Assembly (NCBI GenBank): GCA_963745025.1
Contig: CAVUWD010000007.1
Location: 64,001 to 128,000, forward strand
Reading direction: 5' to 3'
DNA length: 64,000 nucleotides
Origin: an uncultured delta proteobacterium
Lineage (GTDB): Bacteria > Desulfobacterota > Binatia > JACPRU01
Made by a program: the position numbers and the translations under genes. The notes under the pieces are model-generated. The model had not been told where the DNA came from and searched no databases. It saw only the letters and a list, made by a program, of their open reading frames with translations. Of the stretch, positions 36,521 to 46,581 are shown piece by piece. Within the stretch, counting starts at the first letter, position 1. Each line of letters begins with the position of its first letter.

Positions 36521-36618
36521 AGTGCGTTTCGAGGCAAAAGTAGGGCGTCGCCGAGCGTCTGAGATCGAGGCGCTAGGTAGGTTTCCGGCCCTCGTAGCGG
36601 CTATCCGGGAGGTGGTGT

Positions 36619-38967
36619 ATGCGATGTCCGTTACAGAACGTCTTCCGGGCTGGCTTGATCCTCGCACTCTTGCTCTCGCCGGGAAGACTGACTGCACAGG
36701 GGCCGCAGGGTGCGCCGACTGCAGGACCAGAACAGTCGCCGGCTGTTCCTGAGCTTGCCGACCTCATCCCGCTGGCGACTGCCTTGGGCGGTCGTCTCGC
36801 CAGCCTCGAAAGAACCATCCCAGAGGCGGGGGCTCTCTCTCGGGTTGAGCCACAGCTCGGGGAAATCACCACCCTCGTGGACGAGTATGCCAGACAGCTC
36901 TTAGCGCTGAAGGACGCCTTCGACCCGCGGGTAGGGCGAATGCCTCAACTCAAAGCGGAGATCGAGAGTGCGGGCGATACACTGACGGTGGTCAGCGAAT
37001 CCGTGACAGCGAAGATCAGGATTTTCGGGAATTTGAGAAAGGAGTGGTTGGCTGAACAAAGGCAGTGGAACGCCTGGCAGGCGGCTTTGCTCAAAGACGA
37101 GCCCCTGGAAGAAATCACAGCGACCATGACAAAGGCCCAGGGAGCTATCGACACAGCCCTCGGTGTTCTCCGGCAACAGCTCAAACCCCTGCTGGCCATA
37201 CAAGAACGAGCGGGTACTCTGCAGACCCGGATCAACTCACTCACCGCCGAGGTTGAGGGTCTGATCTCTCTGTCACAGGGCGGCGTCTTGGTGGACGCCT
37301 CTCCGTCGATGTTCTCGGCACGGTATTCTTCTCAATTGGCACCAGCGCTGCGGGCTGGGGTCCAAACCAGGTTGGCTCAAGTTTCATGGCCAGGAAAGGC
37401 GTTTTTTGCCCGGGAAGGATGGATCCTTGTCCTCCAGGGGGTGCTCTCTCTTGCTCTGGTGCTCATCTTCTTCCGTTGTCGCCAACAGTTGGAGCAAGTG
37501 GACCACTGGCGGTTCCTCGCCAAACGGCCTGTTGCCGCAGGCCTCCTGGTCGGCATTCTGTCCGTAGGCGCTTTCTACGAGCGCATTCCGGATATGCTGC
37601 GCCTTGCACTGAGTGTGCTGGTTGGGATTGCCTTCGTGCGCCTTCTCGAGGGCCTAGTGGAAGGGAGCTGGCGTCGGCAGTTTGTGTATGGCTTGCCGAT
37701 CCTATTGATCCTGACCAACCTCTGCTATGTTGTCCGCCTTCCACTCGCGCTGTTTCGTCTGTACATCCTGGTGGCGGCGCTGGTGAGCTTGGTCTGCTGT
37801 CTGCGGTGGGCAGCGAGCAGCAGCCGCATGAGAGAGGCGCGGCTTTATGCCTGGGCGTTGCGGCTGGCGTCTATCTTCTTTGCCGCTGTGCTATTCATAG
37901 AGCTTTGGGGTGAAGCAAAGCTGGCAGAGTTTCTCTTCGTCTCGTCGCTCCGGACATTGGCGATTGTGCTCGCCTTTGGTCTGCTCAGGTACCTCGTGCG
38001 GGGCGGCCTGGAGTGGGCGGTGCTCGGCTTGTCGTCTCGCGGCCTTTCCCCGGCTGGCGGCAATCCCGCTGTTATTGTTCAGCGCTCGGCCCTTATTTTT
38101 GATCTTCTCATCGGTATCGTGATTCTATCCAGCCTACTGATGACGTGGCAAGTGTATGGGAGTCCAGCTGACGCGATCACGGGACTGCTGTCAGTGCACA
38201 CAACCGTGGGCTCTCAACGAATCACGCTCGGCCTCGGCATTTTAGCTGTCGGCTCGCTAGGGATCTCTTATCTCGCGTCCTGGGTGCTTCAGGCAGTGCT
38301 GACGGCAAACGTGATGGCGAGACGCAATGTGGACACTGGCGTCAGTATCGCGGTCAACCGCTTGCTCCATTACGCTCTGGTCTCGGGCGGTTTCGTGATT
38401 GCGCTGGTGGTGCTCGGAATCGACCTGACGAAGATGACCCTGTTGGCCAGCGCCCTGGGAGTTGGCATCGGCTTTGGGCTACAGACGATCGTGAACAACT
38501 TCGTGTGTGGACTGATCCTGCTCTTCGAGAGGCCCGTGCGGGTGGGAGACACCATCGAGCTCGGTGGACGGTGGGCGAAGATTGCCAAGATTGGACTCCG
38601 TTCGACCACGGTCCGGACCCTCGACCAGGCGGACGTGATCGTTCCCAATGCCGATCTCATTACCAATCAGGTGACGAATTGGACCCTGACCGATCGGCAC
38701 GCGCGGGCGATTATCACGGTGAAGGTGGCGAGCGGGTCGGACGTTGCTCTGGTGATGCAGACGTTGAAAGAGTGCGCTCTGGCTCATGCCGGGGTGATGA
38801 AAAGTCCCGAACCGCGGATTTTGTTCCGGAGTTTCGCGGGCAGTTCTCTCGATTTCGAAATGCATGCCTGGATAGTGGAGGTGGACAACAGGCTGCAAGT
38901 TGAAAGTGATCTGCGGGAAGAGATTGATCGGCGGTTTCGCCAGGCTGGTATTGAAGTTCCGTCGTGA
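36619..38967 (+). CDS. Large MscS-family (MscK/MscM-like) mechanosensitive channel
   Basis: Signal peptide, coiled periplasmic region, many TMs, ALGVGIGFGLQTIVNNFVCGLILLFERPVRVGD, IGLRST, VPNADLI..VTNWT. Confidence 0.92.
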   Translation: MRCPLQNVFRAGLILALLLSPGRLTAQGPQGAPTAGPEQSPAVPELADLIPLATALGGRLASLERTIPEAGALSRVEPQLGEITTLVDEYARQLLALKDAFDPRVGRMPQLKAEIESAGDTLTVVSESVTAKIRIFGNLRKEWLAEQRQWNAWQAALLKDEPLEEITATMTKAQGAIDTALGVLRQQLKPLLAIQERAGTLQTRINSLTAEVEGLISLSQGGVLVDASPSMFSARYSSQLAPALRAGVQTRLAQVSWPGKAFFAREGWILVLQGVLSLALVLIFFRCRQQLEQVDHWRFLAKRPVAAGLLVGILSVGAFYERIPDMLRLALSVLVGIAFVRLLEGLVEGSWRRQFVYGLPILLILTNLCYVVRLPLALFRLYILVAALVSLVCCLRWAASSSRMREARLYAWALRLASIFFAAVLFIELWGEAKLAEFLFVSSLRTLAIVLAFGLLRYLVRGGLEWAVLGLSSRGLSPAGGNPAVIVQRSALIFDLLIGIVILSSLLMTWQVYGSPADAITGLLSVHTTVGSQRITLGLGILAVGSLGISYLASWVLQAVLTANVMARRNVDTGVSIAVNRLLHYALVSGGFVIALVVLGIDLTKMTLLASALGVGIGFGLQTIVNNFVCGLILLFERPVRVGDTIELGGRWAKIAKIGLRSTTVRTLDQADVIVPNADLITNQVTNWTLTDRHARAIITVKVASGSDVALVMQTLKECALAHAGVMKSPEPRILFRSFAGSSLDFEMHAWIVEVDNRLQVESDLREEIDRRFRQAGIEVPS

Positions 38968-39069
38968 GAGGAGCGCTCGCTTGATCCAAACTCGGGCGGG
39001 CCGCCGCCGACGGTGTCGCCCACGCAAGCCGTTCGCGCTGCCTGCTCAGGACAATCCGAGAGAGACCTT

Positions 39070-39788
39070 CTACAAGGGCAACGCCGAGGAGAAGTCGCTC
39101 GTTCCCGGCGGTAGCGGGCCGGTCAGCGAGGCGCGCTGCGAGAGCTCGATCCAATTGCCGTCGGGATCGCGGACGAACGAGACGCGAGCAACCGTGCCGA
39201 GCGTCACGGGCGCGCGGCCCTCGCGGCCGCCGCGATTGAGGACGGCGCGGTGCTCGGCGTCGACGTCACGGATCTGGATCGTGAAGTAGCGGTAACCCCG
39301 CGCGGTGAAGCGCGGATCGATGGTGGCGGTCGGATCCCACTTGAAAGAGAGGATCGAGTCACCGCAGCGGTAGGCAGCCGGCGCAACCTGCTCGAGGTCT
39401 AGCACGCGACCGTAGAAGTCGTGGAACGTGGCCTCGTCGCGCACGTGAAGATGGAGACCGATTTTTCCCACCCGCTGGTCACCCGGCGGGACGAGCACGA
39501 CATGGTTGCCGTCGGGGTCGACGAGCTCGCGGCGCTCGGCCAAACCGGCACGCGCGATGCGGAGCTCGCGATAGCCGGCGATCGGCATCTCCTCGAGAGG
39601 GTCACGCGAGTGGTTCAGCTTGAAGACGGATCCGTTCATGCCGTGCCGGTGCTGGCGGAGCCCCTGCCCTATCGGAAGAAGGCTCTCGAACGGTAAGCCC
39701 ACCTCCTGTTGCCAGAAGGCGAGCATCGGCTCGAGGCGATCGGTGATGATGCCGACGTCGATGTGACGTTTCGCGAGATTGATGAGCG
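39070..39788 (-). CDS. Two-domain VOC/glyoxalase family protein (start codon unclear; ATC follows a GGAG RBS)
   Basis: NLAKRHIDVG..MLAFW, DPDGN twice, FVRDPDGNWIELSQ. Confidence 0.8.
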
Positions 39789-40335
39789 GCTCCCCGGTGC
39801 TCAGACTACGTCGTACCCACCCGAGTGACGTCCACTGCATGCGTGCAATCGCTGAGGCACGGTGTCGTCAGGACGACGATCTCGAACAGGTTCTCCCCGC
39901 GCAGCTTGGCCGGAACCTGCAGAAGCTTCGCGATACTGAAGGATGGCGTTACGAACGAGCCGACGCGCAGCGCATAGGCAACGACCTGCTTGTTGTCGCT
40001 GTACACGTTCTCGAGCACCGCCACGTTGACACGCACCTCCTTGCCGGCGCTTTGCGTCGATGCGCTGATCCAGCGCTTGTCGATGAGCGACGGAAACCAG
40101 GGCACCAGGTCGGCATCGATCCGCGTCACGCCGTAGCCGGAACGATAGAACCAGAAGTTCCTGTTCGCGGCACGCAGCGCCGCTCCGCAGAAACCGCCAT
40201 GAACCGCTCCTGGCAGTCGATCAGCGCCATGCCCTGGGCAACCTTGCCCTGGCGGATGAGGATCGAGCCCTCGAATGCCCATGGTGAGCCTGGCTGACCA
40301 TCGGTGTGCTCCGACCGCTACGCCGTACCGCAGGC

Positions 40336-40520
40336 CTAGAGACGGTAGATGGACCATGTCTTGCGGCTTCGGAAATAGTCATCGTCATTGTTGAAGGTCA
40401 CGAAGAATTCGGAGAAGTAAGGTACGGTATCCATTCCCACCGCCTGGGCCTGAGTTCCCAGCTCGGACAGAAGTCGGGCCAGAAACCGGGCAATTTGCAT
40501 GACATACATCCTAACTGGAG
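40336..40520 (-). pseudogene. C-terminal remnant of an unidentified protein, lower GC
   Basis: RMYVMQIARFLARLLSEL..PYFSEFFVTFNNDDDYFRSRKTWSIYRL* reads like real protein; 5' part is replaced by the DUF6788 unit. Confidence 0.4.
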
Positions 40521-40542
40521 AGTGCCGAGTTCTCGAGCTTAA

Positions 40543-40908
40543 TCATGACCGCTTTGCGGACGAAGCGGTAGGGGCGCGAAGCCGAAGCTTGAGGTCCGAG
40601 AGTTCGGTGGCCAGATCGATCCAGCGATCGACGAGGTTGCGGAGGCGGGCGTAGTTGGCGATGTCGATCCGGATGGCGGGTACGTCAGGCTTCTTGATGA
40701 GGCGGGTTCCGCCTTTGCCTTTGCGGGTGTAGCTCAGGTGGTAGTACGGGCCGTGTTTCTGCGGGGGGGTGCCCTTGCAGCGGCAGCCGGCTGACCCGCA
40801 GACGGTGTACTGGCGGGAGAGACTCCCTGGGCGCAGCTCTTCGAGCTTGGCCAGCTCGCGCTTGACCGCCGCGATCTGAGCCCTCAGGGCTCGTACCCGT
40901 TGAATCAT
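40543..40908 (-). CDS. DUF6788 family protein (usually IS-associated)
   Basis: RPGSLSRQYTVCG..GCRC..KHGPYY.LSY..GK..T. Confidence 0.75.
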   Translation of the reverse strand: MIQRVRALRAQIAAVKRELAKLEELRPGSLSRQYTVCGSAGCRCKGTPPQKHGPYYHLSYTRKGKGGTRLIKKPDVPAIRIDIANYARLRNLVDRWIDLATELSDLKLRLRAPTASSAKRS

Positions 40909-41214
40909 CCGCTTCGTGGGTAGCACGGGATTTGGCACTTATCTCGCGGGCATGGTGACGATGGAATTCCGCCGGGCGGCGTAGCCGGCAGTACCGCCGC
41001 CAATTCAGCCGATAGCCGAGCACAGGGTCGCGAAGCTCGCCGTCACGCGTAACGTCCTCGCCCCGGCACCCTGTGATCTCAGCCGCTTCGCCGAGGTTCG
41101 GTGAATCAAGCCGCCGCCTGAACGAGCGTCCCCTGAGAGAGACCGGGGTCGAACCCTGCCCCCTCGTTCCACTTTGTCAGGGAGCTTCGGGAAGCTTGGC
41201 CGGAGGTCCGGCTA

Positions 41215-41698
41215 TCAGCCCAGGAGTTCGGCCAGTCCGAAAGCGGCGAAGACGATCGCGGCGAGGCTGCAGGGGACAAGGGTCCCGACGAGGGCGTAGT
41301 TGATCCACGAGGCGCCGGGTTCGAGCACTGCCAGACCGGGCTTCGTCGGGTGATGGCAGACGTTCACGGCCTTTCCTTCGGGATACCGATCCACCATCCC
41401 CCGCGAATAGGCAGTCGCGCGGACTTCGTGGAATGAGATCCGGCTTCCCGAGAAACGCGCGCCGTCGACCTCGAACTCGTACTCGATGTCAGGCGCGGCC
41501 TGACCGGTTTCCGAGGGCACCGCGGGCGAGTGCGGAGCGCACGATCCTTCCGGGCACGACCGGCCAGCGCCGGCTCGACCGCGCCCGCAGGAGCTGAATC
41601 GTCTCCCGGGCCGTCGCAAGGGCCAGCAACGAGATCGCGGCGAGGCCCGCGATCGCTTCCAGCCAGGGAGGCGCCGGGCCGGCGGCAGGAGCGCTCAT
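41215..41698 (-). pseudogene. DUF3592-like membrane protein, frameshifted
   Basis: TM, SRRWPVVPGRIVRS, then in another frame PDIEYEFEVDG..G.RI..YPEG..V.V.H.P..P..AVLEPG, TM. Confidence 0.7.
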
Positions 41699-41829
41699 CG
41701 TCACTTACCGAATTGGGAGTTTAGCGGGCTCCGTGACCGTCAGTGAACCCGAAACAGGTATGCCGGCCCCAGGGCGTGCGGCGTGCGCGATGCCGGCGCG
41801 CCCTTGCTTGCCGTCGCGGAGGACACTCT

Positions 41830-42060
41830 GCGGCGACAATTTCATTAAGGCACAGAAGGCGCTCGGGGTCCGCCACCCTTCGCTCTACCAGGCGAAGCAC
41901 ACCTATGCCTATGCCGTTCTCTCGCTGCTCGCCATCGAAAGTCCTGCAGTCGTCGTACGCAACCTTTGCATCTCGCTCGCCATCCTGGAGAAGCACTACG
42001 CGGCCGCGCTCCAGAAGGGCCGGACGATCGTCCTCGAGAACGCCACGCGGGCCTCGGAAA
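41830..42060 (+). mobile_element. Tyrosine recombinase C-terminal remnant
   Basis: KALGVRHPSLYQAKHTYA..L..E....V.RNL.IS..ILEKHYA resembles the box II HT..(G).S...HY region. Confidence 0.55.
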
Positions 42061-42094
42061 CGCCACGGGCGTTTCCGAGGGCGCAAGCACGTCT

Positions 42095-42230
42095 CGCACC
42101 GCACGGTCTCGAGCTCCACAGAAACCAACCTAGCGACGTTTCGGCGAAGCTCGTCAACGATTAGGGATACGAGGTCCCTCTCCTCGCCGACATCACCAGG
42201 AGAGCCGATGAACACACGGAGCTTTTTCAT
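42095..42230 (-). pseudogene. DUF4062-like (TIR/NDT fold) N-terminal stub
   Basis: MKKLRVFIGSPGDVGEERD..IVDEL..VELETVRCET, truncated by the integrase remnant. Confidence 0.65.
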
Positions 42231-42249
42231 CTTCGTCCCGTTGTGCGCC

Positions 42250-42325
42250 AGCTAACCGCCCTGCCGTTGAGCGGCCGGCGCCCACTGCTGCCCGGCCATA
42301 GCGGCCGGCGCACACCCCGTTCGGC
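42250..42325 (-). repeat. Degenerate attC-like site
   Basis: Minus strand GCCGAAC...CGCTCAACGGCAGGGCGGTTAGCT about 20 nt before the DUF4062 ATG; only partial internal symmetry. Confidence 0.3.
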
Positions 42326-42441
42326 CGAAGCGAGCTGGTCGCGCGCCGGGTTGCTCCAAACTGCGACCGCGATTTTTTTCGCGCCATAGCCCGCTGGGTC
42401 TAGGTGCAATCTCAAACGTCGCCAACCGCCGGGTGAAGACC

Positions 42442-43077
42442 TCACTTCCAGTCGACGACGGCGGAGAGGGGGAGCCTCGGCCGGCGCTTGAACACGCCGT
42501 CCGGCCGGCCGAGCGGGATGAGCGCCACGGTCTCGACGTCGTCGGCGATGCCTAGCAGAGCCTTCACCTCGCTCTCGAAGATCCGGTGGAGCGTGATGAG
42601 GCGTGTTGCGAGACCGAGCGCGGTCGCCGCGAGGATCAGGTTCTGCACCGCGGGATAGACCGACGAGTACGGCGTGCCAACGTCGATCGGTTTTCCCGCC
42701 TCGTCGCGGAGCAGAAGCCGCCCGCCGGTTTCCTTCAGACCGACGACGATGTGAACTGGGACAGCGCTGAGATTTCGCGCGAGCGCGTCAGCGCCGGCGA
42801 GCATCGAGCGGCCCTGCGCGTCGAGCCGATCGCCGAAGAGCCGTTCGACCGCCGGGCGGTACACGTTCCACGCGCGCAGATAGATCTCGCCGAGCCGTCG
42901 GCGAAGCTCCGGGTTTCGCACGACGACGAAGCGCCAGGGCTGCGAATTGCCGCCGCTCGCGGCGCGGGTCGCGGCCTCGAGAATCTTCCGTACGTCGAAG
43001 TTGTCAATCGGGTCGGGACGGAAGCGCCATGCGGCGCGGAGGTTGTCGATCGCATCGAAGACCGTCATGTCGGCCAT
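42442..43077 (-). CDS. Nitroreductase family protein
   Basis: LRA.WRFRPDPI, AASGGNSQPWRFVVV, SVYPAVQNL.LAA.ALGL, IPLGRP. Confidence 0.9.
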   Translation of the reverse strand: MADMTVFDAIDNLRAAWRFRPDPIDNFDVRKILEAATRAASGGNSQPWRFVVVRNPELRRRLGEIYLRAWNVYRPAVERLFGDRLDAQGRSMLAGADALARNLSAVPVHIVVGLKETGGRLLLRDEAGKPIDVGTPYSSVYPAVQNLILAATALGLATRLITLHRIFESEVKALLGIADDVETVALIPLGRPDGVFKRRPRLPLSAVVDWK

Positions 43078-43152
43078 GGGTGTCCCCGTTTCTCGATCAC
43101 GCGACGTGACCGGGGGAAGACTACCACGGCGTCTAGCGACGACCCTATGGCT

Positions 43153-43908
43153 TCACTCCTGAGGTGCCCTAGCGATGCAGCAATAGACCGCCGCTGTGGA
43201 CCTGTGGTCGTCACGTATGAGGCATCCGAGAAACTCCTCTTGGACCTGATCCATGCTGGAGCCGCAGAAGTCCCGGAGCACCGTCATGCGGTTGAACCGG
43301 GACCGCCACGCGTCGAGCACTTCGGGGCGAGCCGGTCCGCTGAAGGAGAGCTCCTGATCCTCGAGCTTCATCACCTTTGAGACGGTGAAGCCGGATCGCT
43401 CCAAATAGCCTCCGAGCTTTCGGCCCATGTGAAAGTCATACCGGCCTGCCGCGAGCGATTCTGCGGCGTAGTTGCTGAGTAATGCCTTCGTCCGGTCGCT
43501 GAGTGGCTCGTGTCCGAACAGGTCGTCGATCTCCGTGAACACGATCCAACCGCCCGGCTTCAAGTCTCGCGCCCACGCCGAGAGCGATGTGGGTAGGTCC
43601 GGGAAGTACGCAGCCGTAAAACTGCTCCAGACGAGGTCCGCGACGACTCCGAAGTCCGAGAACGTGCGCAGGTCGGCCATTCGGAACTCTGCGCCGGGGA
43701 GATTCCGGGATCGGGCCTCCCGGAGAAGCTCCTCGTTGAGGTCGATGCCGAGCACGCGAGCCCCACGCGCCGCCAGCTCCGCCGCGAGATCGCCCACGCC
43801 GCATCCGAGGTCGAGGACGGTCTTTCCCTGAAGCGAAGGAAGTGCGTCGAGGATGGTGGGCCAGTCACGCCACGCGAACTGCCGCTTGTACTCGCTCGAG
43901 AGGCTCAT
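43153..43908 (-). CDS. Class I SAM-dependent methyltransferase
   Basis: VLDLGCGVG, LGIDLN, LKPGGW. Confidence 0.88.
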   Translation of the reverse strand: MSLSSEYKRQFAWRDWPTILDALPSLQGKTVLDLGCGVGDLAAELAARGARVLGIDLNEELLREARSRNLPGAEFRMADLRTFSDFGVVADLVWSSFTAAYFPDLPTSLSAWARDLKPGGWIVFTEIDDLFGHEPLSDRTKALLSNYAAESLAAGRYDFHMGRKLGGYLERSGFTVSKVMKLEDQELSFSGPARPEVLDAWRSRFNRMTVLRDFCGSSMDQVQEEFLGCLIRDDHRSTAAVYCCIARAPQE

Positions 43909-44190
43909 CGTTTCCCGTGTCTACGTGTCGAGCAGCTTCTGGACTGCGACCATTCCGGGCAGTGAATTGAACAGGGCATGCGCGAGTATCGCAACGGCTG
44001 TGTTCTCTCCCCCGCCAATCGAGGTGCGAGCGACCTCAGCGGGGCGTGGAAGCTACGCCGTGCTGTTTAGCGCTTCGCTGTAACTCTACCGCGGAACAAG
44101 ATTCTCCCTAACTCGGTTCCGCATCGCGCATCAATCACGCACCGTGGATTCGGATGGCACACGAATGGCACACGCGAGTGAAAAAACATA

Positions 44191-44233
44191 AGCCACCCGC
44201 CGGATTCGAACCGGCGACCTGCTGGTTACGAAT
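44191..44233 (-). tRNA. 3' half of tRNA-Thr(CGT); att-site remnant, not a functional tRNA
   Basis: Minus: ATTCGTAACCAGCAGGTCGCCGGTTCGAATCCGGCGGGTGGCT = anticodon loop, T-arm and acceptor 3' strand; 5' half absent. Confidence 0.8.
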
Positions 44234-44238
44234 TCTCT

Positions 44239-44360
44239 CCAGGACCAAACCGAGACCAACCAGGAGCAACCAACTCCGCCTACGGACGACGATTCCGAAT
44301 GAGACGAGTTGCTCCTGGTTCGGCCTGGTTGGTCCTGGTGTGGTAGCAGGGCGGTAGCAG
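44239..44360. repeat. Long imperfect inverted repeat plus GGTAGCAG tandem motif; copy A of a ~90 bp direct repeat
   Basis: CCAGGACCAAACCGAGACCAACCAGGAGCAAC (44239-44270) pairs with GTTGCTCCTGGTTCGGCCTGGTTGGTCCTGG (44308-44338); GGTAGCAGGGCGGTAGCAG follows. Confidence 0.8.
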
Positions 44361-44564
44361 AAGATGGGAGCTGGTGGCGTAAGGAGCCTCGGCCTGGATC
44401 TCTTTCTACCGACGCGGTGACCCGCGAGGCGTACTCGCACGGGGTGACCAGCGCGGGGTCTTGGACCGGCGGTCGAGGCGAAGCAGGGCGTCAAGGTCGG
44501 CATGGCCGTCACACAGTCGGCCCCTATGCAGCCGACCAAGCCTTTAGGAGAATATTGGCCCCTC

Positions 44565-46332
44565 ATGACACGTGACCCGATCCTTCATCAAAGCGCCGAT
44601 GCGGATTCCAGAGGATGGCTGCGCTGGCTTCCTGGACTCTGCCTTCTGCGCCGGTACGACCGGAGCTGGCTGCCACACGATCTCGTCGCTGGACTGGTGC
44701 TGACGACGATGCTGGTGCCGGTCGGCATCGCTTACGCCGAGGCGTCCGGCGTGCCGGGCATCTACGGACTCTACGCCACGATCGTGCCGCTGCTCGCGTA
44801 CGCGTTGTTCGGCCCGAGCCGGATCCTCGTGCTGGGACCGGATTCCTCGCTCGCGGCGGTGATCCTGGCGGTCGTCCTGCCGCTCTCGGCGGGCGACCCT
44901 CAACGCGCCGTCGCGCTGGCGGGCGCGATGGCGATCGTGTCCGGCGCTCGTGTGCATCGCGGCGGGCCTCGCGCGCCTCGGCTTCGTCACCGAGCTGCTC
45001 TCGAAGCCGATCCGCTACGGCTACATGAACGGCATCGCGCTGACGGTGCTGCTGAGCCAGATCCCCAAGCTGCTCGGCTTCTCCGTCGAGGCCGACGGGA
45101 CCGCTGCGCGAGGCATCTGGGCGATCGCACAGAGCCGTGCTGGCCGGCAGAGACGAACGTCGTGGCGCTCGCTCATCGGCGGCAGCGACACTCGCGCTGA
45201 TCCTGCTCCTCAAGCGCTCGTCCGCGCGTGCCGGGCATCCTGATCGCCGTCGTGGGCGCCACGATCGTGGTCGCCGCGCTGGACCTCGACAGCGCGTGCC
45301 GGCGTGTCGGTGCTCGGCCCCTTGCCGCAGGGGCTGCCGCTGCCTCGCCATTCCGCTCATCGGCCTCGACGACCTCGTGCCGGTGCTCACCGGCGGCGCT
45401 CGCCGTGGCGCTCGTGTCCTTCGCCGACACGAGCGTGCTGTCGCGCACCTACGCCGCGCGCCTGCGGTCGCCGGTCGACCCGAATCAGGAGATGGTCGGT
45501 CTCGGCGCCGCGAACCTCGCGGCCGGGTTCTTCCAGGGCTTCCCGATCAGCAGCAGCTCGTCGCGCACGCCCGGTGGCCGAGGCGGCCGGCGCGAGGACC
45601 CAGCTGACGGGCGTGGTCGGCGCGCTGGCCATCGCGCTGCTGCTGCTGCTGGCGCCGGACCTGCTCCAGTACCTGCCGAACACGGCGCTCGCGGCCGTCG
45701 TCATCGCCTCGGCCATCGGCCTGATCGAGGTCGCCGACCTGCGCCGCATCTACCGCATCCAGCGCTGGGAATTCTGGCTGTCGATGGTCTGCTTCGCCGG
45801 CGTCGCGGTGTTCGGCGCCATTCCCGGCATCGCGATCGCGATCGTGATCGCCGTGATCGAATTCCTCTGGGACGGCTGGCGTCCGCATTCGGCGGTGCTC
45901 GGACGCGTCGACCGCGTCAAGGGCTACCACGACATCACGCGCTATCCGCAGGCGCGCCGGATCCCGGGGCTCGTGCTGTTCCGCTGGGATGCGCCGCTGT
46001 TCTTCGCCAACGCCGAGCTCTTCCACGATCGCGTGCTCGAGGCGGTGGCGACTTCGCCGACACCCGTGCGCTGGGTCGTGGTGGCGGCCGAGCCGGTCAC
46101 GAGCGTCGACGTCACCGCCGCCGACATCGTGGCCGAGCTCGACGACGCGCTTCAGCGCTGCGGGCATCGAGTTGTGCTTCGCGGAGATGAAGGATCCGGT
46201 CAAGGACAAGCTGAAGCGCTTCGGACTGTTCGCGCGCTCGGCGAGGAGACGTTCTTCCCGACCGTCGGCGAAGCGGTGAACGCCTATCTCGAGCGCCACA
46301 ATGTCGATTGGGAGGACTGGAAGGATCGCTAG
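44565..46332 (+). CDS. SulP family anion transporter with STAS domain (multiple apparent frameshifts)
   Basis: DLVAGLVL..VPVGIAYA..GLYA..YALFGPSR, NQEMVGLGAANL..SSSRT, RWDAPLFFANA, VDVTA. Confidence 0.9.
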
Positions 46333-46373
46333 TCGAGTCCCATCCCGAGGTCTCAGGTCTTCAACGCTTCGGC

Positions 46374-46461
46374 ACTCCGCCTACGGACGAAGATTTCGAG
46401 TGAGACAAATGGCTCCTGGTTCGGCCTGGTTGGGGGTGGTTTCGTAGCAGAGCGGTGGCAG
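46374..46461. repeat. Copy B of the ~90 bp direct repeat flanking sulP
   Basis: ACTCCGCCTACGGACGA.GATT.CGA.TGAGAC....GCTCCTGGTTCGGCCTGGTTGG...GTAGCAG.GCGGT.GCAG aligns with 44273-44360. Confidence 0.85.
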
Positions 46462-46581
46462 GCCTCGTTTTCCGACCTCGCCCGCAAGCGGCAACCGGTG
46501 TAACATGACGCCCGCACAGGCGGCATCCTCGCCGTGGTCGGGCTTGCCGGTCTGCCGCCCCGACCGATCGGAGGAGCATCG

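Noticed and set aside
41125-41160. GCGTCCCC...GGGGTCGAACCC as a possible tRNA-Glu attR copy
   Set aside because: The match to the tRNA-Glu 3' end is too short and gapped.
46350-46372. Possible tRNA fragment beside repeat copy B
   Set aside because: No T-arm or acceptor stem is recognisable.
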